Positions 50,383-60,851 are shown, counted from the first letter of the stretch. The stretch: DNA of 64,000 nt from Clostridia bacterium (GCA_051866635.1 JBJDXJ010000001.1:1-64000); one strand, 5' to 3'. Numbers and translations are program-made. Notes: a model not told the origin generated them from the letters alone.

Positions 50383-51708
50383 TCACCCTCTTTCAATTAT
50401 CTTCTTTTGTTTTACAATAAGACACACCGAAACTATAGCCGTCAAAGCCTCAGTAGCAGGAGCAGTCAGCCACACGCCTGTCATACCCCATATAGCAGGG
50501 AAGATTAATGTAAATGCCAGAAGAATCACAATTCCTCTTAAAGAGGATATTATTGCGGAACTTAAAGCATCGCCGCAAGCGGTAAAATACATTGAGGTTA
50601 TCACATCATATCCCATAATCATAAAAGTGACAGCGTAAAACTTAAACCCTGACGACACCATATCTGCCACATTACGGCTACAACCAAACATAACGGCATA
50701 TCTTCTGCCCAAAAGTACAAAAAGCACTGCAAACAAGGCACCTATTATAAATAATATTCTATTTGTTATATCACGAAGCTTCATTGCCGTTTCTTGTTCA
50801 TCTGCACCATAGCACACACTTACAAGAGGTGCCAACCCTTGTCCGAAACCAATTGTAATCATACTGTATCCATATACTGCAAAACCGAGAATAGTAAATG
50901 CGGCAACACCTTCTGTCCCCACATATTTCATCAGAACATAGTTAAATGCAAACATAGATATTGCACTTGCCATTTCCCCGATAAACTCAGAGGAACCGTT
51001 TAAAATTGTCTCCTTGTTTACTTCCCTGTTAAATTTATAAGGCTTGAACCGTATACTTAAGGACGGGCCTACAAAATAAAGAATTTGAATAATCACTGCA
51101 ATTATCTGCACCGCAAGAGAGGCTATTGCACTGCCTCCAACTCCCATATCTAATCTGCCCACCAGTATATAATCAAGTATTGCATTTAAAGCACAGCTTA
51201 ATATACTCACAAGCATGCACACCTGAGGCTTTCCATCGATACGGATAAACATTCCCAAAGTGGTTCCTATAACCATCAAAGGGTAATTGAAAAGCATTAT
51301 TTTATAGTACGCTGTGAAGTAAGCATAAAGATTTCCATCTGCCCTCAACACTTTTAAAATAGGTGTGAACATAAGTAACACTGCTACCGATGTTACTATG
51401 CATATAACCATAGCAGTAACAACTGTCTGTGAAAACACCTCGGAAGCCTTTGTATTATCCTTTGCCCCAAGGAGTTTACCGCATATTACACTTCCGCCCA
51501 CACCTATACATAACCCTATTCCAAGATAAAAATAAAGTATTGGTAAACCTAAGTTTATAGCCGCCAATGCTTCTTCGCCCACGTAGTTTCCCGTAAAATA
51601 TCCGTCGGTTATTGTGATTAGAGTTTGCAAAAGCATTGCTACGATTGTGGGAATTGAAAACATGAGAATAGTTTTAAGTTTGTTTTCTTTAATTTCTCTT
51701 ATATTCAT
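50383..51708 (-). CDS. MATE family efflux transporter
   Basis: DGYFTGNYVGEEALAAINL, ILDYILV..MGVGGSAIAS, WGMTGVWL. Confidence 0.9.
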   Translation of the reverse strand: MNIREIKENKLKTILMFSIPTIVAMLLQTLITITDGYFTGNYVGEEALAAINLGLPILYFYLGIGLCIGVGGSVICGKLLGAKDNTKASEVFSQTVVTAMVICIVTSVAVLLMFTPILKVLRADGNLYAYFTAYYKIMLFNYPLMVIGTTLGMFIRIDGKPQVCMLVSILSCALNAILDYILVGRLDMGVGGSAIASLAVQIIAVIIQILYFVGPSLSIRFKPYKFNREVNKETILNGSSEFIGEMASAISMFAFNYVLMKYVGTEGVAAFTILGFAVYGYSMITIGFGQGLAPLVSVCYGADEQETAMKLRDITNRILFIIGALFAVLFVLLGRRYAVMFGCSRNVADMVSSGFKFYAVTFMIMGYDVITSMYFTACGDALSSAIISSLRGIVILLAFTLIFPAIWGMTGVWLTAPATEALTAIVSVCLIVKQKKIIERG

Positions 51709-51779
51709 AATTACATCTCTCCTTCTTTAATTTCATTATAGAGATGTAATACTTATTTTTCTTCTGAATTTGTGCTATT

Positions 51780-53237
51780 TTATTTTTTTACCGCCAGAGC
51801 ATAATTTATATGTTCAAAAGCACTTAATTCACTATTACAGTCAGAAAAGAATCTGTCTTGTATATCTTTATCACTTAAAAACTCATAAATCAAAAAGCCG
51901 TGCTTTTCCAAAAGTTTTTCCATTTCGCCGTAGCTAAAGCAGCTTTTCATCGGTGCACCGCTTTTTTCTGCCATTTTAAGCATATTTTTCACCCTTGGTA
52001 TATTTGACGAAAACAGATGATTGTCCCCAAAATCAAAAACAATCTCGCTTCCTTCCGCACATAATGCTGAAACAGACTTCAAAAGATCTGAAATACAGTC
52101 AACTGACAGATAATAAAACAGCCCCATGCATGAGAAGAAAGCCTTTTTACTTTTATCAAAGCCATTCTTTAAAAGCACCTCTTCAATGCTGTCTTTTGAC
52201 AAATCTGCCGCTATAAGTTTCACATTTTCAGGGATTTCTATTTTTGCCCTTGCAAGACGCCTACTTTTATCTTCAATGACATTTTCTTTGTCAATTTCAA
52301 AAACAGTAAGGGACTTATTTTTATTTCTGTAAGGGGATGTGTCAAGTCCGCTTCCTATTATCACGTGTTGCTCTGTGCCCAAATTCAAACTTGTATTAAG
52401 ACATTCTTCACAAAACTTTGCTCTTGCCACAGGTGTTGGTGCAAGCTGTGTGTTTACATATTTCTTCACATCACCGCCGCCTGACAAAATATAGTTTTCC
52501 ATCTGCCCGTATTCCTCTTCAGAAAAGAGCTTTTCTGCCAGGCTATCGGCAAAAACGGGCTTTTCGCTGTTTTTTAAATGATACGCCCTTGAAAATGCAG
52601 ACATAAGTGCCGTTAAGTTAGTTTGCGTATTAGTTTTGTTTTTTCTCTTTTTATCTGTCTTATACTCAAAGAGTCCGTGTTCATTGCAATAGTAATAAAA
52701 CTGACCACCATGCATTTTCGGAAAACGCACCGCACTGTCCTGTTCGGGATAAAGCCTCACCGTAAGCACTCTGTCAAAGGTTACATAAGCAATAAACCCG
52801 ATAAAGTGTTCTTTTGTCATAGGATGGTTAAGTTCAACATAGAAATCATTTTCTATTTCAGAAACATTTATCATATGTTTTTCGTCTGCACTTTTAGCCT
52901 CAAGCGGGCTCAGCTGACTCCCGCAACATACAACACGGCACTCTCCACTTCCTTGCATAATACTACCGCAATGGGGGCATACATAAAACTTTGTTTTTTT
53001 CATATTACCGACTTCCTCCATGTTTAAATCAAGACTGCCTGACAATAGTGTGTCCGAGCTTACACCCAATACTTCTGCCAAAAGGGAAACAGAGGAAACA
53101 TCGGGAAATCCGTGTCCCGTTTCCCACTTTGAAACTGTTTTGGGAAGCACACCTATTTTTTTGGCAACCTCAGCCTGTGTCATTCCTTTTTTCTTTCTTA
53201 AGCTACAAAGGAGCTTTCCGTTTTTTTCTAAATCCAT
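51780..53237 (-). CDS. Fusion of XRE HTH, desulfoferrodoxin-like domain and LCM-type SAM methyltransferase
   Basis: MTQAEVA..VSKWETG; CPHCG..CCG, EKH, HPM..EHFI, CNEHG; TALMSAFSRAYH, IGSGLDT, FEID. Confidence 0.8.
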   Translation of the reverse strand: MDLEKNGKLLCSLRKKKGMTQAEVAKKIGVLPKTVSKWETGHGFPDVSSVSLLAEVLGVSSDTLLSGSLDLNMEEVGNMKKTKFYVCPHCGSIMQGSGECRVVCCGSQLSPLEAKSADEKHMINVSEIENDFYVELNHPMTKEHFIGFIAYVTFDRVLTVRLYPEQDSAVRFPKMHGGQFYYYCNEHGLFEYKTDKKRKNKTNTQTNLTALMSAFSRAYHLKNSEKPVFADSLAEKLFSEEEYGQMENYILSGGGDVKKYVNTQLAPTPVARAKFCEECLNTSLNLGTEQHVIIGSGLDTSPYRNKNKSLTVFEIDKENVIEDKSRRLARAKIEIPENVKLIAADLSKDSIEEVLLKNGFDKSKKAFFSCMGLFYYLSVDCISDLLKSVSALCAEGSEIVFDFGDNHLFSSNIPRVKNMLKMAEKSGAPMKSCFSYGEMEKLLEKHGFLIYEFLSDKDIQDRFFSDCNSELSAFEHINYALAVKK

Positions 53238-53311
53238 TTTTCGCACCTCCATAGTTATTATAAGCCGATAATATAAACAGGGCAATCCACTATCCGTACA
53301 TATTTACCCTT

Positions 53312-53821
53312 TTAACACTCTGTTTCAAAAACAAGATCCATATCCTTTATTGTCCCGTAATCACTGATTTTTGTGGGAATAAACCCTGCATAGCGAAAGC
53401 CTTTTGATGCATATTCGTCAATAATAGACCTATGTTCTTCTGATTTTGCACCGCAAAAATTTCCTATATGAACATGTACATACTCATATTTTTTCATAGC
53501 TGTTATCCTTTCAAAGTGTATTTTGTATTTTAACTCAAGCTGGATGCCTGTGTATTTCATATTCAGCTTATCAGCTTCAATTTCGTTTTCAACGCGGTAC
53601 CAATCCTCGTAAAACTTGCCTGAGCTGTCCGCAAATTTATTGAGTTTATAGCATTGCACCAAAAAATAAGCTCCGCAATTTTTACATTTTTCTATTTTTC
53701 GGTACCCGTCCTTGCCGTCGTCCCAGCGGTACAAAAACCACCTTATGCTACCATCGGGGTTTTTCGGTTTCGGGTCGTACTTTTTAATTGTTTCAAAATC
53801 AGGGTTTTTACAACATTTCAT
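53312..53821 (-). CDS. Hypothetical CxxC protein fused in frame to a DUF4177-like domain
   Basis: CKNCG; internal RBS and ATG at 53497 (MKKYEYV..IIDEYASKGFRYAGFIP). Confidence 0.65.
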   Translation of the reverse strand: MKCCKNPDFETIKKYDPKPKNPDGSIRWFLYRWDDGKDGYRKIEKCKNCGAYFLVQCYKLNKFADSSGKFYEDWYRVENEIEADKLNMKYTGIQLELKYKIHFERITAMKKYEYVHVHIGNFCGAKSEEHRSIIDEYASKGFRYAGFIPTKISDYGTIKDMDLVFETEC

Positions 53822-53843
53822 TTGTTTACACTCATTATAAGCA

Positions 53844-54521
53844 TTATTTTGATTTCATGGCAACAATAACAGAAAACTTTTGGTTTGAATAAACGCATTG
53901 CACACTTCTAAAACCGCTTTTCCTAAGAAATTCAATTTCATCTTCCACACAGCATTCCCTGTCAAGTTTTCTTCGCTCTTTCCAAAGGCTTATATCATTG
54001 TCAGTCAATCCGCTGTTTTCCAAATGCTCTTCCCAGCAGGAATTATACCATTTGTCGGTTATTTCATCATTTCCGCAAAACTGATCGTAATTTACAAAAA
54101 TACCATCTTCGGGAAGCTTTCGGTATATTTTTTCAAACAGCTCCTGTTTATCGCAATTTTCAAGATGATGAATTGACAAGGCTGAAATAATACAATCAAA
54201 ATTTTCTTTGGGGAGACTTTGTGAATAATCCAATATTTCGTAACGGACATTATCAAGTCCGGCAAATCTTTTCTTTGCCACATTAAGCATTTCTTCAGCT
54301 ATATCCGTCAAAACATATTCCGCCTTGGGAAAATGTGCGTACCAAAAATATGTCAAAAGCCCCGTTCCTGCACCTAAATCCAAAACCCTTTTTGGGCAAG
54401 CAATATTAGATGCAATAAATTTTGTTGTGTTTTTATAATAATCATCAAAACAGGGTATGAACTTTTTTCGGTTTGAGTCATATTCCTGTGCAATCAGATT
54501 AAATTGTTCCTGTGCATTCAT
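53844..54521 (-). CDS. Class I SAM-dependent methyltransferase
   Basis: VLDLGAGTG, SALSIHHL, GIFVNYD; start at ATG 54521. Confidence 0.88.
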   Translation of the reverse strand: MNAQEQFNLIAQEYDSNRKKFIPCFDDYYKNTTKFIASNIACPKRVLDLGAGTGLLTYFWYAHFPKAEYVLTDIAEEMLNVAKKRFAGLDNVRYEILDYSQSLPKENFDCIISALSIHHLENCDKQELFEKIYRKLPEDGIFVNYDQFCGNDEITDKWYNSCWEEHLENSGLTDNDISLWKERRKLDRECCVEDEIEFLRKSGFRSVQCVYSNQKFSVIVAMKSK

Positions 54522-54535
54522 ACGTTGCCCCTCTA

Positions 54536-54724
54536 TTAATACTGTGGGCTTTGGGGCATAACAATAGCCGCTATTATGTATGCCAAAAATCCTGTGCCTA
54601 AGCACAACACGGCAATTGCCCATATAAGGCGTACAACAGTTGAATCGATTTCAAAAAATTCAGCAATTCCTCCGCATACACCGCACAATTTTTTATCTGT
54701 GTTTGATTTATACAACTTTTTCAT
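54536..54724 (-). CDS. PspC domain protein
   Basis: KLYKSNTDKKLCGVCGGIAEFFEIDSTVVRL..AYIIAAIVMP. Confidence 0.88.
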   Translation of the reverse strand: MKKLYKSNTDKKLCGVCGGIAEFFEIDSTVVRLIWAIAVLCLGTGFLAYIIAAIVMPQSPQY

Positions 54725-54744
54725 ACTAACTTTCCTTTCTTTAA

Positions 54745-55116
54745 TTAAAATTTGTATACTTCATCAGTTTCACGGTTTCTGTACTCGTGCTTTTCGTAGT
54801 AGCCGATAAGCTCCCCTGACTCATCACGAAGTGCTACCATGTACACATCTTTGTTTTCTTTTTCATTGTAGTAAGTAAATACCCTGTTATTTTCTTTGCT
54901 ACACTTAAAGTGTTCAATGACCTTTTCTATCATTTCCCGTGATTTTTCATTATGGCAAGCCATAAGGCTTTTACCCACAAGCTCTTTGCCGCCCCGCTTT
55001 TTATACCTTTCACATGCGGCAGGGTTCATACAAATAATTTCATGGTTTAGATTGCAGATTACAACAGCACATCTGTCCTCTTCTACCATGCTTTTAAAAA
55101 ACTTTCCAAGCTCCAT
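54745..55116 (-). CDS. Stand-alone PAS domain protein
   Basis: VVICNLNHEIICMNPAA, LVGKSLMACH, ALRDESGELIGY. Confidence 0.8.
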   Translation of the reverse strand: MELGKFFKSMVEEDRCAVVICNLNHEIICMNPAACERYKKRGGKELVGKSLMACHNEKSREMIEKVIEHFKCSKENNRVFTYYNEKENKDVYMVALRDESGELIGYYEKHEYRNRETDEVYKF

Positions 55117-55192
55117 TTTGTAAAACCTCCTCGTTGCCTTACATAATAATGATAGCCGTGTCTTTTAAATATGTCAAGTTTTTATATATTTT

Positions 55193-55408
55193 TTCGACAC
55201 TCGATCTCAAAGGCGGACTACGTCGTTGGGCTCTTTGAGGTCTGTAATTTTGAGGAACAAAGTGGCAATTTCTCGTGCAAGGGGGCTCCGCCCACCTAAA
55301 ATCTCCACTTTCGGCAGAGTAATACGATTACCCTGCCTATTTTATTTAGGAAACCTTCTTTCCCGAACCCTTTGCGATTGCGAGAAAAATAAGTTTATCG
55401 ACAGTCTG
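55193..55408 (-). repeat. ~210 bp multi-hairpin interspersed repeat, copy 2
   Basis: Reverse complement aligns to 18651-18860; begins TCAGACTGTCGATAAAC. Confidence 0.8.
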
Positions 55409-55432
55409 AGGCGGCAGAAAGTTCTGCCGCCT
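55409..55432. terminator. Terminator-like hairpin after the AraC gene, abutting the repeat
   Basis: AGGCGGCAGAA/TTCTGCCGCCT stem. Confidence 0.65.
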
Positions 55433-55438
55433 GAATTT

Positions 55439-56320
55439 TTAGTTTTTCTTTTTAACCGCCCGAAGTTCTATATATCCTCTCTCGCCTATAGGCTCAAGCT
55501 GAATACGGGGGTTTTCATCGTCCCATTCATAGCCGATTGCCAACGGATTGTACTTAGTCATTGACTGTTGCACAGCATTAATTGCTTCGCAGTAATCCTC
55601 CTCACGGAAGGGTTCTCCTGTAAAGCTTAGATATTCCGCTTCGGGAAGTTCTATAACATCAAAACCATCGGGAATTTTTCCGTCATAATTAATTTCTACC
55701 TCAACGCCCTGCACATATGTTGATGTTCCGGGCTTTTTCATGCTCTCAGGTAGCCACATACAAACAGGCTCGCCGCAGAGTGAATTCATGCTTAAAAGCG
55801 TACCCCATACGTCACAGCCCACCTCCTCGCAGTAGGCAAAGTAATCCTCAGCTTTCTTTCCACGCTTCAGTATCACCTTGCGATTGGGCTTTTTAATAAG
55901 TTGAATAAAGACATTTTTTACGTTTTCCATTTGGGTCAAATCCTTTCTCATTTCTCTGAATTTTACACCGTAAGGAACGAAAAGACATATGGGAACAGGG
56001 TTATTTGCATATTCCTTTGGATTACAGCCAAATTCTCTTACAAAGGCTCTTTGGTAGCCGTCCACACTGCCAAAGCCCATTTCAAAAGCTACGTCACAGA
56101 TTTTTACATTTTCGTTTTTTAGCTTTTCGGCAGATTTTGAAAGGCGAAATCTGCGGATATAATCAGATGGGGTTATACCTGTCAGCATTTTAAAAAGCCT
56201 GTATGAATACCAGGGCGAAAACAAAGCGGCGCCTGCCAAGTCTGCCATGGTAATCTCCTCGTACAGATGCGTCTTTATATAATCCTGCATCCGCTGTACT
56301 GCATTAACCTGTTCGTTCAT
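55439..56320 (-). CDS. AraC family transcriptional regulator
   Basis: AVQRMQDYI, N-terminal double HTH, FGSVDGYQRAF..EFGCNP. Confidence 0.88.
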   Translation of the reverse strand: MNEQVNAVQRMQDYIKTHLYEEITMADLAGAALFSPWYSYRLFKMLTGITPSDYIRRFRLSKSAEKLKNENVKICDVAFEMGFGSVDGYQRAFVREFGCNPKEYANNPVPICLFVPYGVKFREMRKDLTQMENVKNVFIQLIKKPNRKVILKRGKKAEDYFAYCEEVGCDVWGTLLSMNSLCGEPVCMWLPESMKKPGTSTYVQGVEVEINYDGKIPDGFDVIELPEAEYLSFTGEPFREEDYCEAINAVQQSMTKYNPLAIGYEWDDENPRIQLEPIGERGYIELRAVKKKN

Positions 56321-56374
56321 CTTTTCTCACCTCCGACAAATTCATTATACTTTTTTTAAGAAAAGACTTCTCGA

Positions 56375-56578
56375 CTATTTTTGCTGTTTAATAATTTTAA
56401 CACTTTGATTTTTCATTGAGATTTTTCCTATCTCATATCCGTATTGCTCCAACTCACTTTTATACCTTAAAAAAGAATGGTCAATCTCAAATCCAAGGAT
56501 TCTTTCAATTTCATCAAAAGTTAACATATCAGGCTCATTTGTTTTTATGTACTCCCACAATGGGTCATATTTACTCAC
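56375..56578 (-). CDS. Small conserved hypothetical protein
   Basis: [22 protein letters not shown]; overlaps the upstream stop codon. Confidence 0.7.
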   Translation of the reverse strand: MSKYDPLWEYIKTNEPDMLTFDEIERILGFEIDHSFLRYKSELEQYGYEIGKISMKNQSVKIIKQQK

Positions 56579-57773
56579 AGCTTTCTATCTCCCTTATCGC
56601 TTTTTTTATATCTTTCAAAACCAAACCTTGCATACTGTCGGGGTATTTTGTCACATCTGCACTACTTAGTGCAGATAAAATATCTTCTTTTAAATCCTTT
56701 TTGTGTTTTACCATCTCGGGCAAAAATGAAATACACTGCCTTGCCGTAATAGGTTTAATATCTGTAATATGCTTTAAGTATTCGTCGATTATTTCATCTA
56801 TTTTAAAATCCGTATCCCATTTTGCGTTTACGCTGATAAGTTTTAATCCGCGGTTACGCACATAAGAATTACTGCTTGAAAGCATTTTTATAAATTTGTC
56901 CATATACTTATATACCGCGTCTGAATTTTGTGCTGTTTCCGAAAGACAATTCATTGCACCGCAGGCTACCGTGTTATTTTTGTCCTCTAATAAATTAACC
57001 AGACTTTCTATATCAGCTTTACGGTTTTCTTCTGTGTATTTCATCGGTATATAGCGGATATTGTTTGTAATCTGCTCCGCAGCTGTATCAACAAAGCCCA
57101 GGCGGAGGTACACCTCTGCCGCATAAGGCGCGGAATTTACTGTAAATTCCCGTATTGCATAATCATTTTTCATATATTCAAACAGTTTTCTGCCAATGCC
57201 TTTTTTGTGGTGGTCCGCTTTTACAAAAAACAGGCTTATGTGCTGCTTTTCACGCATTGCCAGTACGCCAACCATTTCTTTTCCTTCAAACGCTCCGTAA
57301 AACTTTAAGCTTTCCACAAAGCCGTTGTTATCAAGGGTGTTCATAAATTCCTGAACACCTTCTTTTGAATAATCTTTTGCATCAAATTCTAAAAACACAC
57401 TCCGCACAAGCTCCAACGCACAGGGGATTTCTTTCCTTGAAAGCTTTTTAGCCTTAATTTCGCTTTTTCTCTTCGGCATTGGCAAACTGTCGTACATTGC
57501 TTCAAAAAGCTTTTTTAAAAACATTTTATCCTCTACGTTGTCTACAAGGAGCATTTCTTTGGCTCCCTCATAGGGCGGCTCATACCTTGCATTTTTCATC
57601 ATTTTTATCGCCGCCTCCACAGGGTTTACCAAAAGGCGGTCGTCTGCGACATATGCCGCAATTTTTTCCCGGTAATAAATTATGTATTCGCCCATCATCT
57701 GCTTGTAGGTTATATTATCTGTTTCTGACAGACATTCCAATATATAATTTAAGTATTCCTTGCTTGTTGCCAA
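56571..57773 (-). CDS. Fusion of TfoX N-terminal domain, GNAT acetyltransferase and HEAT/ARM-like domain
   Basis: [25 protein letters not shown]; [30 protein letters not shown]; [18 protein letters not shown]. Confidence 0.75.
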   Translation of the reverse strand: MATSKEYLNYILECLSETDNITYKQMMGEYIIYYREKIAAYVADDRLLVNPVEAAIKMMKNARYEPPYEGAKEMLLVDNVEDKMFLKKLFEAMYDSLPMPKRKSEIKAKKLSRKEIPCALELVRSVFLEFDAKDYSKEGVQEFMNTLDNNGFVESLKFYGAFEGKEMVGVLAMREKQHISLFFVKADHHKKGIGRKLFEYMKNDYAIREFTVNSAPYAAEVYLRLGFVDTAAEQITNNIRYIPMKYTEENRKADIESLVNLLEDKNNTVACGAMNCLSETAQNSDAVYKYMDKFIKMLSSSNSYVRNRGLKLISVNAKWDTDFKIDEIIDEYLKHITDIKPITARQCISFLPEMVKHKKDLKEDILSALSSADVTKYPDSMQGLVLKDIKKAIREIESCE

Positions 57774-58300
57774 ATTTCCCACTCCTCTTTTGTAAGGTGC
57801 GTTACATGCTCCTCTCTCACATCGCCCATCAATTCGCAGGGCACATTGTAATTTGTGTGATGATACTTAAATCCGCATTTTTCCTGTGCACGGCGTGACT
57901 TTTCGTTGCCGTCATAATAGCCGCACCATATTAAGTTGAGGTTTAATTCCTCAAAACAATATCTTATTATTTCCTGTGCCGCTTCGGGGATTAAGCCCTG
58001 ACCCCAATAGGGTTTACCTATCCAATACCCTATTTCCCCTTCACCTTCTTTTGTTGGGATGTTAACGTTAAACATAATGCCTATACTGCCCACAGGGAGC
58101 ATAGTTTCTTTAAGCACAACAGCAAAGGTTCCTTCTTTACTTAATACGGTTTCTATTATTTCACGGCTGTTTTCAACGCTTGTATGTACCTGCCAGCCTG
58201 CAATAGGTCCAACATCTGGGTCTTTTGCATATTTGTACAGCTCTTCCGCATCTGCATTTTCCCACGGGCGAAGAATCAGTCTTTTTGTTTCAAGTGTCAT
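57749..58300 (-). CDS. GNAT (RimJ/RimL-like) acetyltransferase
   Basis: [38 protein letters not shown]. Confidence 0.9.
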   Translation of the reverse strand: MTLETKRLILRPWENADAEELYKYAKDPDVGPIAGWQVHTSVENSREIIETVLSKEGTFAVVLKETMLPVGSIGIMFNVNIPTKEGEGEIGYWIGKPYWGQGLIPEAAQEIIRYCFEELNLNLIWCGYYDGNEKSRRAQEKCGFKYHHTNYNVPCELMGDVREEHVTHLTKEEWEIWQQARNT

Positions 58301-58758
58301 TATTTCATACCTCTTTTTACAAATGTTAAAGGCACATCCATACGCTCTGCCACCTGCTCTATTGTCATACCGCTGTCTATAAAACGCCTTGTAACAGCTT
58401 TTATATCTTCTCCCACTTCGATAATGTGCATATCAGGATCGTAAAAGCGTACAACCCTCTGCCCCCAGCTATGCTCTTTAACTTTGTGAACATATTTTAT
58501 ATCAAGGCTCGACAGCTTTTTTATAAAGCTGTCAAAATCCTCCTCTTCAAAATATAGCTCAAAATCATTGCCGCCGTAGGTTATATTATCATTTTCAATA
58601 AAGCTAATCCAGCTTTCCTTCGTTTGCATGCAAACTCCGCCTGTCAAAGTCACATTTGCACCTAAGTCTACAGTTTTATTAAGTCCAAGCACTTTTTTGT
58701 AAAAACTTACCGACCTTTCAATATCTGATACAACCAATAACGGATTTTTAAATTTCAT
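58300..58758 (-). CDS. VOC/glyoxalase family protein
   Basis: [39 protein letters not shown]. Confidence 0.9.
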   Translation of the reverse strand: MKFKNPLLVVSDIERSVSFYKKVLGLNKTVDLGANVTLTGGVCMQTKESWISFIENDNITYGGNDFELYFEEEDFDSFIKKLSSLDIKYVHKVKEHSWGQRVVRFYDPDMHIIEVGEDIKAVTRRFIDSGMTIEQVAERMDVPLTFVKRGMK

Positions 58759-58771
58759 ATTATTTCACCCT

Positions 58772-59521
58772 TTATTTTTTCAGTATTCGCTCCAATGATG
58801 CAATATCGGTTAAATTTACCGTTTCAAATTTCCCCTTATAAAATACAGCCCAGTTGTTGAAAACGCATGGCAAAGATTTTGCTTTTTCAAGGGTGTCCAC
58901 TTTTTTTAAAGATAGCGGGACACTATGTTCTTCGCAATATTTTTTTATAATTTCAACTCTGTCGTAAACATAGGGGCATTGCATATCATAATAGATTGTC
59001 AAATCTTTGTTTTTAATCTTTTCTTCTTTGGCGTTTTGAGCAAACTTTGGCACAGTTTTGTCAAAAGACAGTGCCAAAAGCTCATAGCCGTTATCGGTAG
59101 CGTCAACTGTTTCAAATCCGTACTTTTTTGCAAATGCCATATCTGAAAGCCACGCCTTCTGCTTTTTTGCCCCCAGCATACAAACGCCGGATTTGCCTTT
59201 TCCCTTAGCATCGGCAATGCAATACTCCATAAGCTCCTGTCCGTAGCCACTTCCTTTTAAATCCCCCGTAACCCACAGGCAGTATATATAGTAATAATTA
59301 TTGCCCACTATGGGAACCCACGCTTTTTCAAGAGGTGCATATTCAATAAAAGCACAGCCTTTTACATTGAGCTTTCTGAAAATATGCCCCTCCGAAAGCC
59401 TGTCCTTTAGCCATTTCCGCTTTGCCTCAACGCCTGCATGGGGCTTTTTAGTGCGGATAATACAGCACAAATGCTCTGTGTCAATATTTTCATCTGTTAA
59501 ATTAATAAAATCGCTGTTCAT
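58772..59521 (-). CDS. GNAT acetyltransferase with YoaP-like C-terminal domain
   Basis: EHLCC, FIEYAP.E.AW.P, CLWV, QCPY. Confidence 0.85.
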   Translation of the reverse strand: MNSDFINLTDENIDTEHLCCIIRTKKPHAGVEAKRKWLKDRLSEGHIFRKLNVKGCAFIEYAPLEKAWVPIVGNNYYYIYCLWVTGDLKGSGYGQELMEYCIADAKGKGKSGVCMLGAKKQKAWLSDMAFAKKYGFETVDATDNGYELLALSFDKTVPKFAQNAKEEKIKNKDLTIYYDMQCPYVYDRVEIIKKYCEEHSVPLSLKKVDTLEKAKSLPCVFNNWAVFYKGKFETVNLTDIASLERILKK

Positions 59522-59544
59522 ATTTCCACCCTCTGTTTATCAGC

Positions 59545-60030
59545 TTATATAATGACCGAACTCCTTTTTTCCATTAATACAGTATCCTGCCATTTTCCAA
59601 ATCTGTCTTTTGCAATTTTTTCCCTGTAGCCAATTTCTCTGAATCCACATTTTTTGTGTATTGCAATGCTTGCTTTGTTAGTGGAAAAAATTGCGGCATA
59701 TAAGCTCCAAAATCCGGCTTTTTCGCTTTCCATGCACTCATATTCTAATAGCTTTGTTCCGATTCCTTGTCCATGATACTGTTCATCAATGTATATACTG
59801 ACTTCTGCTACACCTCTGTAAGCATATCTATCGGAAACCTTCGACAGAGCGACCCAACCCACAATAGTATTATCTTCTTCATATACATATCTACATTCTG
59901 CTATATGAGAAGCATCCCATTCTTCAAAAGACGGACATACAGCATTAAATGTAGCTGTACCGCACTCTATCCCCTGTTTATATATTTCTTTAACTCTGTC
60001 ATGGTCACTGTTCGTCATTTTTCTAATCAT
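59545..60030 (-). CDS. GNAT acetyltransferase (YncA/phosphinothricin acetyltransferase-like)
   Basis: IYKQGI..GTATF, AYRGVAEVSIYI, NKASIAIHKKCGFREIGYRE. Confidence 0.87.
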   Translation of the reverse strand: MIRKMTNSDHDRVKEIYKQGIECGTATFNAVCPSFEEWDASHIAECRYVYEEDNTIVGWVALSKVSDRYAYRGVAEVSIYIDEQYHGQGIGTKLLEYECMESEKAGFWSLYAAIFSTNKASIAIHKKCGFREIGYREKIAKDRFGKWQDTVLMEKRSSVII

Positions 60031-60070
60031 TTTTCCGTCCACTTCAATTGTCTTTGTTATTAATACAACC

Positions 60071-60826
60071 TTACAGCCCTTTTTCGTCAAGGATTTTTTC
60101 AAATTTCTTTTCCGAAAGTATTTCGTGAGTTATGAACTCGCCGTTATAAAACAAGCTGAACGCCGTAAATGGAATGGGGGCGTTCTGTGCCTGTTCACGT
60201 GTAGTTATATGAACTGTATTAAATTTAACGCCCCGCTTCTCGGCTATACCTTGAAGAATTGGCACATATTTTGCCGTAAAAGGGCATTGATTTGTAAAAT
60301 ATACCGTAAATCCTTCTTCAATTTCTTTTGTTTCTTGTACCGAAGGTTTAAACACAGGTTTTTGGGCATTTTTATCAAAAGGCAGATACATTAATTCAAA
60401 ATAATCTCTCGCTCTGTCGCAGGTTTCAAAGCCCTTGTATTTCATATATTTAGGGTCGGAAAGAAATCCCATTTTCTTTTTGGAGGATAAAACAACAAGC
60501 CCTTTTTTATTTTTGCTTTTACTGTCTTTAATACATTCCTCCAAAAGCAGATTTGAATACCCGTGTCCTTTAAACTGCCCCGATACCCAAAGACAGTCTA
60601 TATACATATAGCCCTCAGCCTCCACAGGTGCCCATGCGTATTCGGCAGGAATATATTCAATAAAGCATTTGCCCCGTACATTACCTTTGAGAAAAACGAG
60701 CCCCTCGTCAAGTCTGTCTTTAAGCCACGCCTTTTTACTCATTACCTGGCAGTCTTTGTTGTTGGAAATTGCACAGCAAATATGCTCATTTTCGATGTTT
60801 TCGTGTGTTATTTTTATAAATTCCAA
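60071..60826 (-). CDS. GNAT acetyltransferase with YoaP-like C-terminal domain
   Basis: EHICCAI, FIEYIPAEYAWAP, CLWVSG, QCPF. Confidence 0.85.
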   Translation of the reverse strand: MEFIKITHENIENEHICCAISNNKDCQVMSKKAWLKDRLDEGLVFLKGNVRGKCFIEYIPAEYAWAPVEAEGYMYIDCLWVSGQFKGHGYSNLLLEECIKDSKSKNKKGLVVLSSKKKMGFLSDPKYMKYKGFETCDRARDYFELMYLPFDKNAQKPVFKPSVQETKEIEEGFTVYFTNQCPFTAKYVPILQGIAEKRGVKFNTVHITTREQAQNAPIPFTAFSLFYNGEFITHEILSEKKFEKILDEKGL

Positions 60827-60851
60827 AATATTTTCCCCCTTTGTATATAAG

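Noticed and set aside
55226-55564. Plus-strand 112-aa ORF over the repeat element, considered as a transposase remnant
   Set aside because: No recognisable motif and no RBS; it overlaps the AraC gene antisense.
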